A DNA stretch of 62,023 bases, filler included, from Deltaproteobacteria bacterium (GTDB taxonomy: Bacteria; Myxococcota; JACRCW01): the NCBI GenBank assembly GCA_016218805.1. It is 3 parts of 3 records of this genome, joined end to end, with 100 filler letters (N's around TTAATTAATTAA, not from the genome) between each part and the next. Parts side by side here need not be neighbours in the genome. Positions count along the whole stretch, not along the records: positions 34,183 to 62,023 come from JACRCW010000135.1; 2 more parts are not named here. One strand, given 5' to 3'. Position numbers and translations under genes: made by a program. This document shows, one piece after another, positions 56,158-62,023 of this stretch (position 1 is the first letter of the stretch; each line of letters starts with the position of its first letter). The notes beneath the pieces are model-generated. The model made no database searches, was not told the origin of the DNA, and saw nothing but the letters and a program-made list of their open reading frames with translations.

Positions 56158-58752
56158 GTGACACCGCGGCTCACGTTGGGTGTGAAGCTGGCGGGCATCC
56201 TGGTCCCGCCGTGCCTGGCCCTGGTGCTGGTGGCGGGTCACGGCCTGGTGGAGCGCTGGCGGGTACTGGGCTCCATGACGCAGGTGGAAACCCAGGTGAC
56301 CGTCAGCCTTCACGCCAACGCGCTGGTACATGAACTGCAGAGGGAGCGCGGGGCAACCAGCCTGTTTGTCGCAAGCCGGGGAGCGCGCTTTCAAGCCGAA
56401 GTGGACGCCCAGCGCCGGCAGACGGACCTGGCCCTGGAGGTGCTGCGCGCGCTCCAGCTCCGCGCCGCCGGTGCGGATTGGGCAGATCAGGTGGCCGGGG
56501 CGCTGGCGCCCCTGGAGGGGCTGACCAGGCTGCGCAAACGCGCGGACAACCTCGGGCTGGCAGCACCGGAGGTCTTTGATTGGTACACGGGCGTCATTGA
56601 GCGCGGGCTGGACCTGATGACGGACATGTCCGCCGTGCGGGCCAGTTCGGAGATTCACGCCGCGCAGGTGGCGGCCATCCATCTTTCATGGGCCAAGGAG
56701 ATGAACGGGCGCCAGCGGGCCTATCTCAGCCGCGTGTTCTCCACGGGTGACCGGGGACCGGATGTGCTGGACGGCCTGACGCGCCTGCGCACCGCCCAGG
56801 AGGTCCACACACGCACCTTCTCGCTCCACGCGTCGCCCGAACACCGGCGCCTGCTGGCAGACGCGCTGGCCAACGCTCCGGAGGTGAAAGCCGCGCAGGA
56901 AATGTGGGGAATTGCGGAACGCCGGGCAATGTCCGGGGATTACGGTGTGGACGCGACCCGGTGGTTCACCGCCATCACGGGGAGGATTGACCGCCTCAAG
57001 ACGGTGGAAGACCACCTGTTGGGTGACCTGGTGTCCACCGCCCGCAACCTGCGGGATGACGCCCGCGATGGCCTGGTGGCGTTTGTGGTCCTCGCCCTGT
57101 CCGCCGTGCTGGCGTGCCTGGCCCTGGGAGTCACGCTCATCCGCAGCACCACCCACTCGCTGCGGAAGATGGTGGGCGCCGCCCGTCGGATTGCGGATGG
57201 GGACCTTGCCGTGGTGCTGGAGGTGCATTCGCGTGACGAGATAGGCGCGTTGGCCGCTGCGTTCCGCGGCATGACCGCCAACCTCCGGAGCATGGTCGGG
57301 CGAGCGCAGGAACTGTCGGCCGCGGTGGATGCGGTGGTGGCCACCAATGCAACCGCGAGCGACCGGATGAAGCGTGGCGCCCTTGAGCAGACGCACGCCG
57401 TGCATTCCGCGGACCGCGCCATGGCCAACCTCAGCCGCGCGGCCACCTCCATGACCCGGTCCATTGAGGGCTTTTCCAGGCTGCTGGAGCAGAACTCGGG
57501 CGCCGTGCTGTCCAGCGCCCTGGCGGGGCAGGGTCTGGACGAGAGCGTGGGCCAGTTGGGCGTGGAGGTGGCCGAAGTGGCCCGGGCCAACACTGCCAAC
57601 GCCGAGGACCTGGTGGGCATTGCGCAGAAGCTGGCACGGGCCTCCACCGAGTCAGACGGCGCGGTGGCCACCCTGGTGCAGATCGATGCCGCGACGCGGC
57701 AGATCGCCGGGCATACGCGGGAAGCCGCGGTGCTGGCGCGGGAGATGTCCCAGCACGGCAGCCGCGGCGCGGCGTCCACCCAGGCCACCCATGCAGGCCT
57801 GCAGACGGTGAAGAACCACGTTGTTGGTCTGGTGGACGTCATCCGGCAGACGGACGTTCAGGCGCGTGAGATCGGAAGCGTGCTTGCGGTGATCGAGGAA
57901 TTCGCGCGCCGGTCGCGGCTGCTTGCGCTGAACGCCAGCATCCTGGCCGCGGAAACCGGCAACCGGGGCCGCGGGTTTGACGTCGTTGCCTCCCAGATGA
58001 ACGACCTTGCCCAGAAGACCGCCCAATCCACCCTCCAGGTCACCACCATCCTCACGGGCATTGCCAGCCTGGTCAGCCGGAGCGTGGACTCCGCGCAGGC
58101 GGCCATGACGTGCGTGTCCAACTGCGAACGCCAATCGCAGGAGACGGCCGAAGCCCTGGACGGGATGCGGCGACGCACCGTGACCATGGAGGAGGCCAGC
58201 GCGCAGGTGGCACACGCCACCGAGGACCAGGTCAAAGGCTCCAATATCGCCACGAACAACCTGGACCGGCTGTCACACGCCATCCGCGCCATCAGCCAGT
58301 CCGTCGTGGAGCTTTCCGGGCGCACCTCCGCCGTGGTCCACGCCATGGATCGGGTGGGCGAGCTGGTGGGGCGTATCAAGGGCAGCACGAGCGAACAGGC
58401 GGCGGATACCCGGCAGATAGCCACCAATACCGGCAAGGTCATGGAGGCCATCCAGGACATCAACCGTGAGGCGGACGTCCAGGAGAACGAGAGCGGCAGC
58501 ATCTCGGCCGCGCTGCGCGGGGCTTCGCTGGTGGCCGAGTCCACCGTCCGGGGTGTGTGCCAGCTTGATGAGGGCCTGCTCGTACTCCGGGGCCACGCCC
58601 AGGCGCTTCGGAAGGAAATGAACCGATTCAAGCTGGGAACCGATTCTGCTCCAACACCAACGGGGGAAGGGAGAAGTCATGAACGTGAACAACCAGGACT
58701 ACCTGGCAGGACTGCGGACTGCGCACCGGGTCGTGGAGCGGCTGTTGGATGA
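56158..58752 (+). CDS. methyl-accepting chemotaxis protein with NIT (nitrate/nitrite) sensor domain and HAMP
   Basis: LVHELQRERG, AKEMNGRQRA, WFTAITGRID; DEIGALAAAF; divergent tip SRLLALNASILAAETGNRGRGFDVVA. Confidence 0.92.
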   Translation: MTPRLTLGVKLAGILVPPCLALVLVAGHGLVERWRVLGSMTQVETQVTVSLHANALVHELQRERGATSLFVASRGARFQAEVDAQRRQTDLALEVLRALQLRAAGADWADQVAGALAPLEGLTRLRKRADNLGLAAPEVFDWYTGVIERGLDLMTDMSAVRASSEIHAAQVAAIHLSWAKEMNGRQRAYLSRVFSTGDRGPDVLDGLTRLRTAQEVHTRTFSLHASPEHRRLLADALANAPEVKAAQEMWGIAERRAMSGDYGVDATRWFTAITGRIDRLKTVEDHLLGDLVSTARNLRDDARDGLVAFVVLALSAVLACLALGVTLIRSTTHSLRKMVGAARRIADGDLAVVLEVHSRDEIGALAAAFRGMTANLRSMVGRAQELSAAVDAVVATNATASDRMKRGALEQTHAVHSADRAMANLSRAATSMTRSIEGFSRLLEQNSGAVLSSALAGQGLDESVGQLGVEVAEVARANTANAEDLVGIAQKLARASTESDGAVATLVQIDAATRQIAGHTREAAVLAREMSQHGSRGAASTQATHAGLQTVKNHVVGLVDVIRQTDVQAREIGSVLAVIEEFARRSRLLALNASILAAETGNRGRGFDVVASQMNDLAQKTAQSTLQVTTILTGIASLVSRSVDSAQAAMTCVSNCERQSQETAEALDGMRRRTVTMEEASAQVAHATEDQVKGSNIATNNLDRLSHAIRAISQSVVELSGRTSAVVHAMDRVGELVGRIKGSTSEQAADTRQIATNTGKVMEAIQDINREADVQENESGSISAALRGASLVAESTVRGVCQLDEGLLVLRGHAQALRKEMNRFKLGTDSAPTPTGEGRSHEREQPGLPGRTADCAPGRGAAVG

Positions 58753-59119
58753 CCTTGGGAATCAGATCCGCTTGGGTGACGTGCGCGGTGCCACGGCGAC
58801 GTTGAGGCGGCTGCAGGAGTCCCTTCTGGCGCATCTCAAGAGCGAGGATGAGAAACTGTACATTGACCTGAAATCCGCCGATCCGAGCGGAACCGGCGGC
58901 ATGATCTCCGTGACGGTGAGCACCTTCTCCACGGCCATGCGGGGAATCTCCGCGCGCGCGGACCGCTTCTTCAAGAAGTACGGCGACGGCGCCGCCATCT
59001 CCGGAGACCCCAAGGGACTGCAGAGTGACTTTGCCAACCTCCAGGCGGACATCCTCAGGCGCATCCAGTCTGAGGAAACCGTGCTTTACCCGCTCTATGA
59101 GAAGCACTGCGGAGGCTGA
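58679..59119 (+). CDS. hemerythrin-like (HHE cation-binding) protein
   Basis: AHR..LLAHLKSEDEKLY..RIQSEETVLYP. Confidence 0.85.
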   Translation: MNVNNQDYLAGLRTAHRVVERLLDDLGNQIRLGDVRGATATLRRLQESLLAHLKSEDEKLYIDLKSADPSGTGGMISVTVSTFSTAMRGISARADRFFKKYGDGAAISGDPKGLQSDFANLQADILRRIQSEETVLYPLYEKHCGG

Positions 59120-59172
59120 TTGCCGCGGCGGCGACGACCCGCATCCGGAGCGAAGCGCAGGGGGCCAGGACC

Positions 59173-61098
59173 ATGGGTGATGCGCGCGTCATCACGTTTC
59201 TCTATGGGCTGGCGTTCTTCGCCATGGGGACCGCCGTGTTCGCCCGCGCACGCCCGTTGCGGAGGGAGCGGCGGGCACGGGCCTTCCTGTGGCTGGCCGC
59301 TTTCGGATTGAGCCACGGTTTTCACGAGTGGCTGGACCTCTATGGCCGCGTGGTGGGTCCCCACGCCGGGGTGCGCCTGATTGAAGCCACGCTGGCCGTG
59401 CTCTCCTTCGGGTGCCTGCTCCAGTTCGGACTTGATCTTCTCACCATTGAATCGGCGGCGCGCTCCCGCTGGGTGACGCACCTGTCCACCTTGGCGGTCA
59501 CGGGGTTGCTGCTGGCACTGGGTCTCGGGCTGGGGGAACGGACACTCATGGTCGTGGGGGCGAGGTTCCTCGCCGGAGCGCCGGGTGCCTGGTTTGCGGT
59601 GGTTGGCCTGTGGCGCGGCCGCCGGCACCTGTTCACCGGCCCGGGCGGCACCTCCCGGCGTGCGCGGCTCATTGGCACGGCCATGATCCTGTTCCTTGGC
59701 GCGTACGGGCTGGCCACCCTGCCGGGACCGCGCGGAGACTTCTTCCCAGCCAACGCTCTCAACGAAGTGGCGTTCCTCCAGCTGCTGGGCGTGCCCATCC
59801 AGGTGGTCCGCGCCATTCTCGCGGTGGGCGTGAGCGCCATGGCCCTGCTGTCCCTGGACGTGTTCGACAGGATCGAGTGGCAGCGACTGGAGACCCAACT
59901 CGCGGCGGCGACCGCGGCGGCGGAACGGTCGTACGTCAGTTTCCGGAAGATGATCGAGAAATCCGCCGACGGCATTGGCGTCTTCCGCGACAACCGTCTT
60001 GTCTATGCCAACCGGGCGTATTCAGGTCTGCACGGTGCGGCTGACGCCGGGGCGCTCCTTGGCCAGGACCTGGCGGACACAGTCCACCCCGACGACCGCC
60101 ACCACCTGGACCTCCTGCTCGCACCCTCCTCGTCCCCCGGCGACGCCCGCGCCTCGGCCGACCTGCGGCTGGCGCCGCGTGATGGCAGGACGCTGGAGGT
60201 GGAACTGAGCGCTATGGCCCTGGACTTTGACGGCGCCCCCTGCGTGTTGATCAACGCGCGCGACCTGACGGACCGCAAGCGCGACACCGCCCGAACCATG
60301 CATGTGGACCGGATGATCGCGGTTGGCACATTGGCCGCTGGGGTGGCCCATGAGATCAACAACCCGCTCACCTACGTCGCATCCAATCTCGGCTATTTGG
60401 CCCAGCACCTGCCGGGGTTGATCTCCGAATGCGCGGCGTCCCGCGCGCGGCAGGTGACCCTGGCCGGCGGTCCCGGAACGGGTGAGAGCACCAAGGTTCC
60501 CGTGGGGGAGTTGGCGGCGGCCGTTCGCGAGGCCTTGGATGGCGTGAGCCGGGTGACCATGATTGTGCGGGACCTCAAGACGTTCTCCCGCACCGCGCCG
60601 CAGTGCCATGGCCCGGTGGACGTGCGCCGGGTGCTTGACACCGTGGTCAGGCTTGCGACGGCAGAGACCCGCCATCGCGCCCGCGTGGTCAAGGACTTTG
60701 CCGTGGTCCTGCCGCCGGTTGCCGCCGAGGAGACACGGCTGGGGCAGGTATTCCTGAACCTGCTGGTGAACGCCGCTCAGGCCATCCCGGAGGGAAGCGC
60801 AGAGACCAACGAGATTCGACTCATGGCCTGCCCGGCGGGCGCCGGACGGGTCATGGTGGAGGTGCGTGACACGGGTGCGGGCATTCCAGTGGAAACGCTC
60901 CCGCGCATCTTTGACCCGTTCTTCACCACCAAGCCAGTCGGCCAGGGGACAGGTCTTGGTCTGTCCATCTGCCGGGGCATCGTCGAGGGCCTGGGTGGCG
61001 AGATCGTCGTTGAAAGCCAGGTTGGCAAGGGTTCCGTCTTCCGCGTCATCCTACCGGCGGGAGTTCACACCGCCGCCGGGCCTGTCGTGAAGGGGTGA
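59173..61098 (+). CDS. multi-TM sensor histidine kinase with PAS (no REC domain)
   Basis: FLYGLAFFAMG..LAAFGLSHGFHEWLD membrane domain; GVAHEINNPL; FFTTKPVGQGTGLGL. Confidence 0.92.
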   Translation: MGDARVITFLYGLAFFAMGTAVFARARPLRRERRARAFLWLAAFGLSHGFHEWLDLYGRVVGPHAGVRLIEATLAVLSFGCLLQFGLDLLTIESAARSRWVTHLSTLAVTGLLLALGLGLGERTLMVVGARFLAGAPGAWFAVVGLWRGRRHLFTGPGGTSRRARLIGTAMILFLGAYGLATLPGPRGDFFPANALNEVAFLQLLGVPIQVVRAILAVGVSAMALLSLDVFDRIEWQRLETQLAAATAAAERSYVSFRKMIEKSADGIGVFRDNRLVYANRAYSGLHGAADAGALLGQDLADTVHPDDRHHLDLLLAPSSSPGDARASADLRLAPRDGRTLEVELSAMALDFDGAPCVLINARDLTDRKRDTARTMHVDRMIAVGTLAAGVAHEINNPLTYVASNLGYLAQHLPGLISECAASRARQVTLAGGPGTGESTKVPVGELAAAVREALDGVSRVTMIVRDLKTFSRTAPQCHGPVDVRRVLDTVVRLATAETRHRARVVKDFAVVLPPVAAEETRLGQVFLNLLVNAAQAIPEGSAETNEIRLMACPAGAGRVMVEVRDTGAGIPVETLPRIFDPFFTTKPVGQGTGLGLSICRGIVEGLGGEIVVESQVGKGSVFRVILPAGVHTAAGPVVKG

Positions 61099-61128
61099 CG
61101 CGGGGTCTTGACGCACGCGCAATAGGAG

Positions 61129-61554
61129 CTACGGCTTTGACGGCACACGCCCCAGCGTCTCGTACTCCGGGTACAGGACCACCTCCTCCTTGCGGATGCG
61201 TGCGCGCAGGGCGGCCATGAACTTCCCCTGTTCGCGGGCAAACTGGAACGAGTCCACCGGGCGGGCGTCATCTCCGAAGCGCTGGAAGAACTCAACGGCC
61301 ATGGCGGACACCACATCCATGTCCGCCGCGAACTGATCCAGCGTGGACCGCAGCGCCGGACGGGTCCGCGCCGCCGCGGCCAGCGCCGGGTACATCTCCT
61401 TGTCCTCCAGGGCCAGGTGCGCCAGCAGGGCATCACGTGCGCTCAACAGCAGTTTCCGTCCCTCGGGTGAAGAAACCCCGCGCTCAGTCACGGCGTTCAG
61501 CAGCGCAACCAGCTCCCGGTGCTGCGCACTCAGCTTTTCGATCAAGGGTGACAT
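61129..61554 (-). CDS. hemerythrin-like (HHE cation-binding) protein
   Basis: GGAGGAG RBS; QHRE..LLAHLALEDKEMYP..RIRKEEVVLYP. Confidence 0.88.
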   Translation of the reverse strand: MSPLIEKLSAQHRELVALLNAVTERGVSSPEGRKLLLSARDALLAHLALEDKEMYPALAAAARTRPALRSTLDQFAADMDVVSAMAVEFFQRFGDDARPVDSFQFAREQGKFMAALRARIRKEEVVLYPEYETLGRVPSKP

Positions 61555-62023
61555 CGCTCCTCCTGCCCGCCCCGCGCGCTCCTCGGACACAGTCTTGGGT
61601 GGGGATCACACGCCGTCAACGGGGCTGCCAGATCGCGCAAGGCCTGCTGTCCACCGCTCCCTGAGCGCGCCGCCTTGCGCCGCCAGCAGCCCGACCGGTG
61701 GCACACCGCCGAACCGCTGCTTCGTCTTTGCCCATTGTGCAACCCGGTATGGGTCGCGCGCCGGGGGCCCACCCGCTGGCGCGCCCCTGCGGGATCCCCT
61801 CATTTGCCGTTGAGCCACCGTGAGGGCAGGCTATGCGGAGCAAGCCGGGTCCGGGAGGACTCCCCACCCTTTCGTCAAGGTAAATTCGTTGCTAGCCCCC
61901 CTTGGCGATGGCCGCTGGGATCGGCCATCGGTTTGGGTCGTAGGTGGTGTCGTTCCGGAGCATGGCGACGAGGACAGACAAGAGCCGGTCACCGACGATT
62001 CGGAGCGCATGGCCGTGTTCGCA

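Noticed and set aside
49924..61554. Multiple hemerythrins as a sign of a magnetosome island
   Set aside because: No mam, mms or mad genes are recognisable.
61906..61930. Hairpin CGATGGCCG..CGGCCATCG as a riboswitch
   Set aside because: No match to fluoride or c-di-GMP riboswitch consensus, and the downstream context is cut off.

Overview
High-GC bacterial DNA whose gene repertoire (Cys-rich lipoproteins with Ser linkers, hybrid histidine kinases, Hsp70-DUF3731, ACE-like peptidase) suggests Myxococcota/Deltaproteobacteria. It is three contig pieces joined by artificial N44-TTAATTAATTAA-N44 linkers (15593-15692, 34083-34182), so adjacency across those gaps is meaningless. Piece 1: serC, a four-gene nucleobase-catabolism operon (Se-dependent-type xanthine dehydrogenase, SsnA-like amidohydrolase, M20 amidohydrolase, beta-ureidopropionase-like nitrilase), Cys-rich lipoproteins, a small accessory patch bounded by an eroded direct repeat, and an M2 peptidase tail. 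Piece 2: an ISAs1 right end truncating a secreted-protein gene, a DUF1554-like lipoprotein, Hsp70-DUF3731, ate/bpt, an S51-like protein, a second M20 hydrolase, a Pro-rich J-like protein, secA-lspA, and a glycosyltransferase. Piece 3: a dense redox/nitrate/O2 signalling island. The most striking observation is in piece 3: the intergenic DNA of 35.3-51.1 kb is a collinear, deletion-eroded ghost of 51.1-61.6 kb, with a visible junction near 51095. This is an ancient tandem duplication whose two copies now carry almost non-overlapping gene sets. All alignments and family calls were made by eye; no database searches were run.
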